The notes beneath the pieces were generated by a model. The model worked only from the letters and a program-made list of their open reading frames with translations, made no database searches and had not been told where the DNA came from. Both the position numbers and the translations under genes were made by a program. From positions 9,640 to 73,639 of the forward strand of contig JAJZJQ010000001.1 in the NCBI GenBank assembly GCA_021851065.1: a DNA stretch of 64,000 nucleotides, given 5' to 3'. This DNA is from Candidatus Micrarchaeota archaeon. Its GTDB lineage: Archaea; Micrarchaeota; Micrarchaeia; Micrarchaeales; CABMGC01. Below, piece by piece: positions 44,114 through 53,420 of this stretch; within the stretch, counting starts at the first letter, position 1, and each line of letters starts with the position of its first letter.

Positions 44114-46054
44114 TCACTTGAACCTCATCGTGTCAAGATCCATGGGTGACCTGGATTCCACGTGCATCATGTTTCCAAGGGCCCTTGCCAAGTCCTCGCA
44201 TTTGGATTCTTCGCCGTGCATAGTAAATATCTTGCGCGGCGAGGGCCTTAGGTTCCTTACAAAATCAACTATCTGCCTCCTGTCACTGTGGCCTGAGAAT
44301 CCTTCCACTGTCTTGATCTGCGCGTTTATCTTTATCTGCTGCAGCTTTCCATCCTCGCCTGGCAGAGCAACTTCGCTGAGCTTGTTCTGCACCCTCCTAC
44401 CAAGCGACCCTGAGCTGTTGTATCCGACGAATATCACCATGTTCTTGGGATCCTCTGCCATGGCCTTGAAGTATTCCAGGCTTACACCCCCGTTAAGCAT
44501 GCCGCCGCTGGCAAGTATCACTGAGGGGCCTTTGTCAAGTATCTCGCTGCGCTCCCCCTTGGCCACTTCGAATATCTCGCTCTCGAACGGGGAATTGTTG
44601 CTCAGTATGCGCTGCTGCACGCCCATGCGAAGATACTCAGGATATGCAGTATGTATTGCGCTGGCCTCGAGTATCATCCCGTCCAGGTATATGGGGCACT
44701 CCAGCTTGTACTGCGGATTGTTGGTTATGTAACTCTCGAGCGTAAGCTGGAGCTCCTGGCTCCTGCCTACTGAGAAGAGCGGTATGAGGACCTTGCCTCC
44801 GCCCTGCACTACCCTCTTTATGTTCTCCATGAGCTCAATCTCTGCCTGCTTCCTGTTGACAGTTATGTCATTAGGGCCGCCATAGGTGCTCTCTATGAAC
44901 AGGGCATCGATTCTCGGATACCTTGTATCGGCCTCGTCCAGCAGCCTGTTGAAGCCATACTTCATGTCGCCTGTGCTGACTATGTTGTACATGCCCTCGC
45001 CTATGTGGAGGTGCACAGTGCCGCTGCCGAGTATGTGGCCTGCATTATGGTAAGTAAGCTTTATCTCATCAGTGACGTTTGTGACTTCGCCGTAGTCCCT
45101 TGTGACCATATGTGTTAGCATTGTACGTATGTCCTTCTCGCCGTACAGAGGCGTGCCGCCGGACCTCATCACAAGCTTCGTGTAGTCGTAGTGAAGCAAG
45201 GCCACCAGATCCCTTGTAGGAGGAGTGCAGTATACCGGGCCATTATACCCAAATTTGTATAGGTATGGTATGAATCCAGAGTGGTCCATGTGGGCATGAG
45301 TAAGTATGACTGCATCAAGGTCGTTTATAGTTATGTTCATGCTATCCAAGTATGGATAGGCCTTGTTCTCGCCGTTGGAATTTGCCTCGGCCCCTTTCGA
45401 TCCTGGTTCCGGGCTTATGCCGCAGTCTATCAGTACCTTTGAGTGGTTGGTCTCTATCAGCAGGCTGCTCCTGCCGACTTCCTTGAATCCGCCAAGCGCA
45501 GTGGCCTTTATCCACTCACTTTTGTGCCCAGTGCTATTGATCTTCTTGCCAAGGCTGCCAAGAAACTTCTTCCTGAAAGCGCTCTCCTTGAATATGAGCT
45601 GTCTTACCCCTTTGATGACATCGCTGTTCATGGTAGGCTGCCGAAGCACCCTTGGCATCCAGTTTGTCTCCCTTATTATCTGCATCAGAGTCGATCCGCC
45701 CTTGCCTATCACAAGACCAGGCTTGAGAGCTTCTATGTATACCTCGCTGAACTCCGGCACAAACCTTATTCCCTCAGGCTGCACTCCGGCATCGGCAGGA
45801 AGCAGCGCCCTTATCTTCTCGGCAGCTGCCTCGGCATCCATGAGTTTTGACTGGTTGCTGCGCACTATCAGCCTCTTTTTTACCGCAGCGGATATGCCCT
45901 TGATTATAGATTCGTCACGATATATTGCGGAGATGTTGTCCACATATATGGCAACATCTGGACCCTCGAATTCCACAGTTGAGGTGCCTGCATCGCTTGG
46001 TATGAGACCCTTCACCTTATCAAGGATCTCTTTGTTATACTCCTCTTCAATCAC
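44114..46054 (-). CDS. aCPSF1/FttA (KH-KH-MBL-beta-CASP ribonuclease, archaeal transcription termination factor)
   Basis: 646 aa; N-terminal KH region (VIGKGGSTL), MBL motif THAHMDHSGFIP, C-terminal beta-CASP. Confidence 0.9.
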   Translation of the reverse strand: MIEEEYNKEILDKVKGLIPSDAGTSTVEFEGPDVAIYVDNISAIYRDESIIKGISAAVKKRLIVRSNQSKLMDAEAAAEKIRALLPADAGVQPEGIRFVPEFSEVYIEALKPGLVIGKGGSTLMQIIRETNWMPRVLRQPTMNSDVIKGVRQLIFKESAFRKKFLGSLGKKINSTGHKSEWIKATALGGFKEVGRSSLLIETNHSKVLIDCGISPEPGSKGAEANSNGENKAYPYLDSMNITINDLDAVILTHAHMDHSGFIPYLYKFGYNGPVYCTPPTRDLVALLHYDYTKLVMRSGGTPLYGEKDIRTMLTHMVTRDYGEVTNVTDEIKLTYHNAGHILGSGTVHLHIGEGMYNIVSTGDMKYGFNRLLDEADTRYPRIDALFIESTYGGPNDITVNRKQAEIELMENIKRVVQGGGKVLIPLFSVGRSQELQLTLESYITNNPQYKLECPIYLDGMILEASAIHTAYPEYLRMGVQQRILSNNSPFESEIFEVAKGERSEILDKGPSVILASGGMLNGGVSLEYFKAMAEDPKNMVIFVGYNSSGSLGRRVQNKLSEVALPGEDGKLQQIKINAQIKTVEGFSGHSDRRQIVDFVRNLRPSPRKIFTMHGEESKCEDLARALGNMMHVESRSPMDLDTMRFK

Positions 46055-46117
46055 TTACATCACAAAATGTATTCTAGCAACCGTAATTCCAACCAAAGTT
46101 TGTCTGCCTTCTAAGAA

Positions 46118-46753
46118 TTATCTGGCAAACTTCTCCATCTCGTCCTTCGTATACTCTTTGTAGCCTTTCTTTGTTATGGTGACTATGCGGGTGCTGTCGC
46201 CTGTAGCAGAGTCCCTCTTCATAGCTATCTTTAGCGCCTTTGCTATATGCTTTGCTGCCTCCTGCACAGTCAGAGCAGGGTCGTATATGCCCTCTATGTA
46301 CCCAAGCGCTGTCAGTGAACCGCTACCAGTAGCGGTGAACTTTGATTCCTTGGTATAGCCACCCACTGGATCTATGTTGTATATTTCATAGGCATTCTTG
46401 TTTATGCCGCCAAGCACAAGCTGCACCAGGAACGGAAACATCTTATTCTCCTGCAGCACTATGGACAGCAGAGATGTTGCGGAGGTCGGAGTGAGGTTCC
46501 TCTTCTCCTCCATGCCGTACATCTCGTCCTGCATCTTGATAAGCTTGACAAGATACTCCGCATCGCCTACTCCGCCTGCTATGGTCATTGCCAATCCTTC
46601 GTTGATCCGGTGTATCTTAACGGCCTCGGTACTGGATATAAAGGTATCCATAGTGGCCCTAGAGTCGGAGCCCATGGCGACACCGTCGCTACAGACTATG
46701 CCGATAGTCGTTGTTCCCTTCTTTACAGCTTCATAGAATTCTCTATCTACCAT
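46118..46753 (-). CDS. psmB: proteasome subunit beta
   Basis: 211 aa; propeptide then the active-site G/TTTIGIV; GSDSRAT motif. Confidence 0.9.
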   Translation of the reverse strand: MVDREFYEAVKKGTTTIGIVCSDGVAMGSDSRATMDTFISSTEAVKIHRINEGLAMTIAGGVGDAEYLVKLIKMQDEMYGMEEKRNLTPTSATSLLSIVLQENKMFPFLVQLVLGGINKNAYEIYNIDPVGGYTKESKFTATGSGSLTALGYIEGIYDPALTVQEAAKHIAKALKIAMKRDSATGDSTRIVTITKKGYKEYTKDEMEKFAR

Positions 46754-46801
46754 AGATAATACCCAAAATCAAGAGAGTTAAAATAAAAACTGGAATGGCT
46801 T

Positions 46802-47038
46802 TCACAGTATTAAACTACCATTACCTATAAAAGGCTTGCTGTTGTCTATCGGCTCGGCGTATGCAAACGTCTCATGCAAGTTTGTTATGCGCACCTTGTA
46901 GGTCTTTCCTAACCTTGACTTTGCGTTCCTAACGAACACAACTACGTCGTTGATCTTCCCGATGCCTTCGCCTCGGGGATCTTTTGCTGCAATTCTCATG
47001 TCGTATGTCTCGCCTACGACTAGCTCTTCCATTCCCAT
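46802..47038 (-). CDS. stand-alone TRAM-domain protein
   Basis: 78 aa; GETYDMRIAAKDPRGEGIGKINDVVVFVRNA..GKTYKVRITNL typical TRAM beta-barrel pattern; GGTGA Shine-Dalgarno site upstream. Confidence 0.75.
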   Translation of the reverse strand: MGMEELVVGETYDMRIAAKDPRGEGIGKINDVVVFVRNAKSRLGKTYKVRITNLHETFAYAEPIDNSKPFIGNGSLIL

Positions 47039-47149
47039 CTAGTTTCACCCAACCCTGTATCCCAAAAAGGGGGTCGCAGTATATTCTCTCACGGCATCTA
47101 TTTAAAGGTTATCTACAGTTTGCGGTTTTCGAAGGTGCTGCGCTATAAT

Positions 47150-47914
47150 TCAGCGGCCATTTATGTCGTCGAAATATCTGTCAAGATCCGCCCTTGATGC
47201 AGATGCCCAGAGTGCACTGCCTCCAGCAGCTATCTCGTATCGGTCTGCCTTTAGTCCGCTTATTACGACGTCAGCCATCTCTGCAGAGGATATGCTCCAC
47301 TTGGTCTTCTCCATAGGCATGCCTTTTAGCCCAGTGTCATGTACCGTCGGCGGGATGACTTCAAACACCCGTATTGTCGTCGTTTTAAGCTGGTGCCTCA
47401 GGGACATTGTGAGGGAGTGCACTGCTGCCTTGGTTGCCGAGTATATTGGGAATACTGCAAGAGGAACTATCCCAAGTCCAGACGACACGTTTATTATTGC
47501 CGCCTCTTTCCTTTCTGAAAGCAAAGGTATGAAAAGCGCAGTGAGGTATATCTGGGATTTCAGATTTATCTCGATTTCGTCATCAGTATGAAGCAGGTCT
47601 TCTACGCCTTTCGTAAAATCTATCCTGCGCTGTATGCCTGCGTTGTTTACAAGCACGTTAAGGTCCTTGAAATCTGAGGCTATGCAGTCATGAAGAGCCT
47701 GCCTGTCTTCCGCATTTGAGATATCACACCGCAGGGTGTGCAGGCCGGGGATCTTCTTTGCAGCCTCTTCCAATTTACCCTGTCTCCTGCCGCATATTAT
47801 CACAGTATTGCCAAGGTCGCTGAAACGTTTGGCTAGTGCAAGACCTATACCAGTGGCCCCGCCGGTTATTAGTATCGTATTGCCGCTCTCCTTCATGGTT
47901 GCGCCGCTAAACAA
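47150..47914 (-). CDS. short-chain dehydrogenase/reductase (SDR)
   Basis: ITGGATGIGLA cofactor motif, NNAG, catalytic YSATKAAV. Confidence 0.85.
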   Translation of the reverse strand: MFSGATMKESGNTILITGGATGIGLALAKRFSDLGNTVIICGRRQGKLEEAAKKIPGLHTLRCDISNAEDRQALHDCIASDFKDLNVLVNNAGIQRRIDFTKGVEDLLHTDDEIEINLKSQIYLTALFIPLLSERKEAAIINVSSGLGIVPLAVFPIYSATKAAVHSLTMSLRHQLKTTTIRVFEVIPPTVHDTGLKGMPMEKTKWSISSAEMADVVISGLKADRYEIAAGGSALWASASRADLDRYFDDINGR

Positions 47915-47960
47915 TTCGCTGGCAGAATTATTATTTGCTCCGTGCTTTTGGCATGTAATG

Positions 47961-48353
47961 CTAGTAGTAGCGCAGCAGCTCGATGTATGGGGGCGTACCC
48001 CCTACAACCACATCCCCCCTTCCGATGTCGTATAGCAGGCGGGTTGCAGTATCCATTGCCTTTGGGACGCCATGGTCGTCGAGTATCACCACCCTGCCGC
48101 TTATCCAGTACGAAGGCGATGCGTAGATTATGCGCCCGGTGGCTACTCCGTCAGGCCTGCTGGTCCACATCATTTCGACTATCCTGAATCTGAAGGAGGA
48201 GCTGCCTGCCTTATTTAGCGCCTCAGGTATGCTTGCACAGGAGAGTGATTTCTCCGTGGACCCGATCCGGGGCCAGTTGTTGTATTGCGCCAGGAATTCG
48301 TGCCTGTGGGTTGGCGGCTGCGGCATTTTGAGCATAAAGGTAGTATCCCACAA
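47961..48353 (-). CDS. hypothetical protein (130 aa)
   Basis: Longest ORF in an otherwise empty 500-nt gap, same strand as the SDR; no family recognised. Confidence 0.4.
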   Translation of the reverse strand: MWDTTFMLKMPQPPTHRHEFLAQYNNWPRIGSTEKSLSCASIPEALNKAGSSSFRFRIVEMMWTSRPDGVATGRIIYASPSYWISGRVVILDDHGVPKAMDTATRLLYDIGRGDVVVGGTPPYIELLRYY

Positions 48354-48419
48354 AGAGATATAATAAAGATGGGCAACAGGCCAGCTATTATTAAATTAAT
48401 ATTGCGCAATAAGTAGAAT

Positions 48420-50000
48420 ATGTCTGGAGAAATAAAGGAGGAGTGTGCAGTAGCCGCAGTAAGCCTCCCTAGTCCTGTCGACACCTACCCCCATGGAGCA
48501 GCGGCATTTTATCTCTACCACATGCTCCTGCGCATGCAGAATAGAGGCCAGCTTGCAGCAGGCATAACCACCTACGATCCGAACAGACCCCAGCTTCTTG
48601 ACACCAGAAAGAGGCTAGGCACAGTAAATAACATGTTTGCAATGGATTTCAAGCCAAAGGCAGACGCGATAATGCAAAGGTATTCCGGAACAAGGGGCAT
48701 TGGGCACACAAGATACAGCACCACAGGCGGTGATGACGAGGGATCTGCACAGCCTTTCGAACGCCACCACGGAAGAAGATGGAAGTGGTTTGCATTTTCA
48801 TTCAACGGCAACATAGCCAACTTCCTAGACCTCAAGGCAGAACTTGAGAAGGAGAGCTATCATCTTGTCAGGAACCTGGATACCGAGGTCATACTCCATT
48901 TTCTGGAGAAGTCGCAGATAGGTGCAAGCAAAGTTGATATGAAGGACGTGTTTGCTGACCTGACAGAAAAATTCGATGGTGCATACAACATCGCATACAT
49001 AAACGCCGAGGGCACAACCGCGGTGATGCGGGATCCGATGGGCATACGCCCGATGAGCTACGCCATAGGGGACAGCTTTGCCGGAGCTGCTTCTGAGAAT
49101 ATTGCGCTTGAGAACTTCGCAAACCCGGATTCGCAGATCAAACCGCTACGGCCGGGAGAGATGCTTATATCCGAAGGGGATAGTGTGGAGGTGAAGAGGT
49201 TTGCAAAGTCCCCAAGGAATGCGCACTGCATGTTCGAGTATGTATACTTCTCCAATCCAACATCAATCCTCGATGGACGATCAGTATACGAAACGCGGTG
49301 GAATCTTGGCGTGGACCTTGCAAGGCACGAAACCCTTGATGTAAATGACAGGGATTACGTGGTAGTTCCTGTGCCTGATACTGCCAAGCCAGCTGCTGAC
49401 GGATATGCAAAGACGCTAGGCCTGCCATCCATGGAGGGGCTCATGAAAAACAGGGGATATACAGGCAGGACATTCATAGAGAGCGGAGAGAGGATGGACA
49501 AAGTCAAGCAGAAATACAACATAAATAGGCCAGTGCTAAAGGACAAGAAGGTCATACTGATAGATGACTCGATAGTTAGAGGCACAACTTCAAAATTCCT
49601 TGTCAGGTACGTGAGATCTGCAGGCCCTGCCCAAGTGCATATGAGAGTCACCTGCCCTCCGGTAAGGAGTCCGTGCTTCTATGGAATAGACATGTCCACT
49701 GCAGGCGAACTTATAGCAAACAGGCATTCTAACGAAGAGCAGCTTTACAGGACAGGATGGACTGATCTTGACGATGAAGTAGTGCAGAAGATAGCAAAGG
49801 AGATAGGCGTAGACTCGCTAAGCTACATCGGCTTTGACGGGCTAGTAAACTCAATAGGATTCGAGAACGGCAAAAAGGACATGTGCGCAGCATGCCTGAC
49901 AGGAGAGTACCCAACCGCATGCGGGCAGAAGCTCAGGGACAAGGCGCTTGCAATGTATAAGAAGAATGGAGAGGCAAGGAGGACTTACGATTCTGCTTAG
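48420..50000 (+). CDS. purF: amidophosphoribosyltransferase
   Basis: 526 aa; Ntn Cys after a short propeptide (KEECAVAAV), RGQLAAGI, PRPP loop ILIDDSIVRGTT, C-terminal Cys cluster. Confidence 0.9.
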   Translation: MSGEIKEECAVAAVSLPSPVDTYPHGAAAFYLYHMLLRMQNRGQLAAGITTYDPNRPQLLDTRKRLGTVNNMFAMDFKPKADAIMQRYSGTRGIGHTRYSTTGGDDEGSAQPFERHHGRRWKWFAFSFNGNIANFLDLKAELEKESYHLVRNLDTEVILHFLEKSQIGASKVDMKDVFADLTEKFDGAYNIAYINAEGTTAVMRDPMGIRPMSYAIGDSFAGAASENIALENFANPDSQIKPLRPGEMLISEGDSVEVKRFAKSPRNAHCMFEYVYFSNPTSILDGRSVYETRWNLGVDLARHETLDVNDRDYVVVPVPDTAKPAADGYAKTLGLPSMEGLMKNRGYTGRTFIESGERMDKVKQKYNINRPVLKDKKVILIDDSIVRGTTSKFLVRYVRSAGPAQVHMRVTCPPVRSPCFYGIDMSTAGELIANRHSNEEQLYRTGWTDLDDEVVQKIAKEIGVDSLSYIGFDGLVNSIGFENGKKDMCAACLTGEYPTACGQKLRDKALAMYKKNGEARRTYDSA

Positions 50001-50007
50001 TGGTTGT

Positions 50008-51276
50008 ATGAAGGTGCTTGTAGTAGGTTCTGGTGGCAGGGAGCATGCGATATGCTGGAAGTTCTCGCAGAGCAGGAATGTGGAGCGGATCTTCTGCGCC
50101 CCAGGCAATGCTGGAACCGGAACCATAGCGCGGAATATACAAATTGCGGCAGACGACGTAGCCGGGCTTGCCCAGTTCGCAGAGAATGAGGGAATTGACC
50201 TGACATTCGTAGGACCTGAAGCGCCGATGGAAAAGGGAATAACTGACGAGTTCAATAGGCGCGGGCTTGTGATATTTGGTCCCAGTGCAGCAGCTGCAAG
50301 GCTAGAGACCTCGAAAGAATTCGCAAAGGAGGTAATGGCTGGAGCAGGAGTGCCCACTGCAAGATACGAGATAGTACATACTGCAGATGATGCCAAAAGG
50401 GCTGCAGAACATTTCGGGAGAGCCGCAGTGAAGGCAGACGGCCTGGCCGCAGGCAAGGGGGTGATAATATGCACAAGCAGTAGCGAGATACTGGATGCTG
50501 TGCGAACATTGAAGGACCAGTCGCTCTTCGGCAATGCAGGGGATAGGATAGTGGTGGAAGAGCTCCTTGAAGGAGATGAAGCCAGCATACTTGCATTTTG
50601 CGATGGCAAGACAGCAACGATAATGGTGCCAAGCCAAGACCACAAGAGGATATATGATGGAGATGCTGGCAAGAATACTGGCGGCATGGGAGCATACGCA
50701 CCAACGCCTGTTGTGCAGGGACTCGAGAAGGAGATACATGATAAGGTGTTTGTCCCGGTTCTCAGGGAGATGTCAAGGCGCGGCACGCCGTATGTTGGCG
50801 TGCTGTACGCCGGACTTATGGTAAATGGCAGTGAGTTCAGGGTTCTTGAGTTCAATGCACGCTTTGGGGATCCTGAAGCCCAGCCCGTGCTCTCCCTTCT
50901 TGAGACGGATCTATTGGATATTTCGCAGGCGTGCATAGATGGAAGGCTTGGAGATATAGATATAAAGTGGAAGGCAGGAGCGTCATGCTGCGTCATTGCA
51001 GCGTCAAAGGGCTATCCGGACAGGTATGAGAAAGGTAAGATAATAGAAGGCATAGAAGACGCACAGAAGCTGGATAGCGTAGTGGTGTTCCATTCAGGCA
51101 CTAAGACCGAAGGCGGCAATATAGTAACAGACGGGGGACGGGTTCTTGGTGTAACTGCAACAGGAGCCTCCATAAAAGAGGCCATAGCAAGCGCCTATGA
51201 TGGAATAAAGCTGATACGGTTCGACGGCATGCACTATAGGACAGACATAGGCAAGGCAGTGACAGGCAGGAGCTGA
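50008..51276 (+). CDS. purD: phosphoribosylamine-glycine ligase
   Basis: 422 aa from MKVLVVGSGGREHAICWK; ATP-grasp motifs. Confidence 0.9.
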   Translation: MKVLVVGSGGREHAICWKFSQSRNVERIFCAPGNAGTGTIARNIQIAADDVAGLAQFAENEGIDLTFVGPEAPMEKGITDEFNRRGLVIFGPSAAAARLETSKEFAKEVMAGAGVPTARYEIVHTADDAKRAAEHFGRAAVKADGLAAGKGVIICTSSSEILDAVRTLKDQSLFGNAGDRIVVEELLEGDEASILAFCDGKTATIMVPSQDHKRIYDGDAGKNTGGMGAYAPTPVVQGLEKEIHDKVFVPVLREMSRRGTPYVGVLYAGLMVNGSEFRVLEFNARFGDPEAQPVLSLLETDLLDISQACIDGRLGDIDIKWKAGASCCVIAASKGYPDRYEKGKIIEGIEDAQKLDSVVVFHSGTKTEGGNIVTDGGRVLGVTATGASIKEAIASAYDGIKLIRFDGMHYRTDIGKAVTGRS

Positions 51277-51295
51277 TTTTCTGGACAAGACTGCA

Positions 51296-51835
51296 GTGCG
51301 CTCAATTATGCTTGCCAAGAGAAGGGCGATGCCTGCCCATGTAAGAGAGAGGCTCAGCGCGAGTATCTGCTCCAGACTTCTTGGTATGCCACAGGTAGCT
51401 GAAGCTGCGGCAATAGGCATCTACATGCCTTTCGAGAACGAGGTGGACGTAGATGCACTCTTGATGGCCTTTTTTGCAAATGGAAAGAAGGTCTTTGTGC
51501 CAGTCATGCACAGGAATGGCGGCATGAAGTTCGCTGTGCTGAAATCGCGGAAAGATACGGCAGTGGGATATGGAAGCATACGCATACCGAGGAGTTTATC
51601 TTTTGCAGGAAGCATGACAATAGGGGTCTTTGTAGTTCCTGGAATTGCCTTCGACCGAAGGGGCTTTAGAATAGGATTTGGTGGTGGCCACTATGACAGG
51701 TTCTTTTCCAGGGGCAGTGGCGCAGTGAAGATAGGAGTCGCATACGATTTCCAGGTAGTTGGAGAGGTAGACGCCAAGGCGCATGATGTCAGGATGGATT
51801 TTGTAGTGACTGAGAAAAGGATTATAAAAACCTGA
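51296..51835 (+). CDS. 5-formyltetrahydrofolate cyclo-ligase
   Basis: 179 aa; VPGIAFDRRGFRIGFGGGHYDRF motif. Confidence 0.8.
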   Translation: MRSIMLAKRRAMPAHVRERLSASICSRLLGMPQVAEAAAIGIYMPFENEVDVDALLMAFFANGKKVFVPVMHRNGGMKFAVLKSRKDTAVGYGSIRIPRSLSFAGSMTIGVFVVPGIAFDRRGFRIGFGGGHYDRFFSRGSGAVKIGVAYDFQVVGEVDAKAHDVRMDFVVTEKRIIKT

Positions 51836-52441
51836 TTATGCGCCTATGTGCAGCCTGCCATCGCTTGCCATGCTTATGGCCTCAAGGAAGCATTCCTGTT
51901 CCAGCTTCTGGACCTTGCCCTTTAGGGTTTGAACAGTATCAGCAGACAGAACGGGGCACCTCTTTTGAAGGATTATCCTTCCTGCATCCACTTCCTCCGT
52001 GACTTCGTGCAAGGTGCACCCGGTCTCAGTTTCATGGTTTTCTAGGACAAGTTTATGGACATCCAGATTAAATCCGCCTGCGTATTTTGGCAACAGGCTT
52101 GGATGTATATTCCATATTCTGCCCCTGAACTGCCCTACGAGGTATGGCGTTAGTATCTTGGCAAACCCTATGAGAAGGATAAGATCTGCGCCTCCTTTGC
52201 TTTTCAGCTCTTCTGTGAGGAGCCGCTCAGTGTTGGCACGGTCATTAGAGCCGCCGTAGTCCATCACAAAGACAGGTATTCCGTGATCCGAAGCCCTTTT
52301 GAGAATGAGTGCATCCTTTCTGTCGGATGCGACAAGGGTCATATGGGCGTTAAGCTTACCTGCGTCTATCGCATCGATTATGGCCTGCATGTCGGTCCCT
52401 TTGGTGGAACCTAGCACTGCTAGCCTGATTTTTGCGGCCAT
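51836..52441 (-). CDS. purN: phosphoribosylglycinamide formyltransferase (folate-dependent)
   Basis: 201 aa; IWNIHPSLLPKYAG and D-containing loop (EVTEEVDAGRII). Confidence 0.85.
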   Translation of the reverse strand: MAAKIRLAVLGSTKGTDMQAIIDAIDAGKLNAHMTLVASDRKDALILKRASDHGIPVFVMDYGGSNDRANTERLLTEELKSKGGADLILLIGFAKILTPYLVGQFRGRIWNIHPSLLPKYAGGFNLDVHKLVLENHETETGCTLHEVTEEVDAGRIILQKRCPVLSADTVQTLKGKVQKLEQECFLEAISMASDGRLHIGA

Positions 52442-53295
52442 TCTATATCACGACATGCGGCAATAGTATTGCACATCAGACTTGCAATGGTCATGGGCCC
52501 AACTCCCCCGGGCACGGGAGTTATCCACGATGCCCTTTTTGAAACTTCTTTGAAGTCAACATCCCCGGAAAGCTTCCCGTCCTTTAGCCTGCTTATGCCA
52601 ACATCTATCACTATGGCGCCCTTCTTGACCATCGGACCTTTTATAAGGTTAGGTTTGCCTACCGCGCACACGATTATGTCGGCGTCCTTTGTGAAGCGCC
52701 CAAGGTCCGTGGTCTTGCTGTGGCAGATGGTAACTGTGCATCCTTTGTTCAGAAGCATTACTGCGACAGGCTTACCGACTATGTTGCTTCTTCCCACAAC
52801 AACGGCGTTCTTGCCTTCCAGTTTGGCTCCGGTGGATTCTAGGAGGGTGATTATGCCGGTTGGGGTTGCAGGTCTCATCCCGCTCTTTGCCAGCAGGTTC
52901 CTGCCGTGGTTGTATGGATGCAGGCCGTCTACATCCTTTGATATTGCCACTGTCTCAAGCACCTTCTTGTGGTTCAGATGCTCTGGAAGCGGTAGCTGAA
53001 CAAGTATACCGTGAACCGTCTTGTCTTCATTAAGCTCCCTGATCTCCCCAAGTATCCTGCCATATGAGACGCTGCTTGGAAACCTTCTTACTTCAGACTT
53101 CATTCCCAGTTCTATGCAGGTCTTGTGCTTCCTGTTAACGTATATGGTAGATGCTGGATCGTTGCCCACCTGGATTACAACGAGCTTTGGTATGACCCCT
53201 TTCCTCTTCATGGTTGCAACCTCTCTTTTCACACTGCGCAGCATGGAGTCAGCGATCTTCTTGCCATCCAAAATATGTGCTACCATGATAACCAC
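52420..53295 (-). CDS. folD: bifunctional methylene-THF dehydrogenase / methenyl-THF cyclohydrolase
   Basis: 291 aa; ILDGKKIA, GILVQLPLP, VVVGRSNIVGKP, PVPGGVGPMT. Confidence 0.9.
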   Translation of the reverse strand: MVIMVAHILDGKKIADSMLRSVKREVATMKRKGVIPKLVVIQVGNDPASTIYVNRKHKTCIELGMKSEVRRFPSSVSYGRILGEIRELNEDKTVHGILVQLPLPEHLNHKKVLETVAISKDVDGLHPYNHGRNLLAKSGMRPATPTGIITLLESTGAKLEGKNAVVVGRSNIVGKPVAVMLLNKGCTVTICHSKTTDLGRFTKDADIIVCAVGKPNLIKGPMVKKGAIVIDVGISRLKDGKLSGDVDFKEVSKRASWITPVPGGVGPMTIASLMCNTIAACRDIEWPQKSG

Positions 53296-53420
53296 AAGCT
53301 CGTCTGGGAGGCCGTTGATTAGGTTATATAGACAAAGCTTTATAAGGCAGGATATTGAGATAAAAGCAGTCGGTTAGCAGAAGCGCAAATGTCTTCCTGC
53401 CGACGCCAGACGGTGGAGAT

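Noticed and set aside
49851-50996. 381-aa ORF antisense to purD. Similar long shadow ORFs occur at 53324-54181, 38708-39592, 45363-46163, 43938-44732, 22386-23198, 10096-10854, 57452-58117, 55535-56188, 56388-57023, 40948-41697 and 11874-12485.
   Set aside because: Each lies entirely opposite a gene with unmistakable family motifs. Their translations are Ser/Pro/Ala/Cys-rich and low-complexity with no recognisable domains, and they lack TATA or Shine-Dalgarno context. These are typical antisense-frame artefacts.
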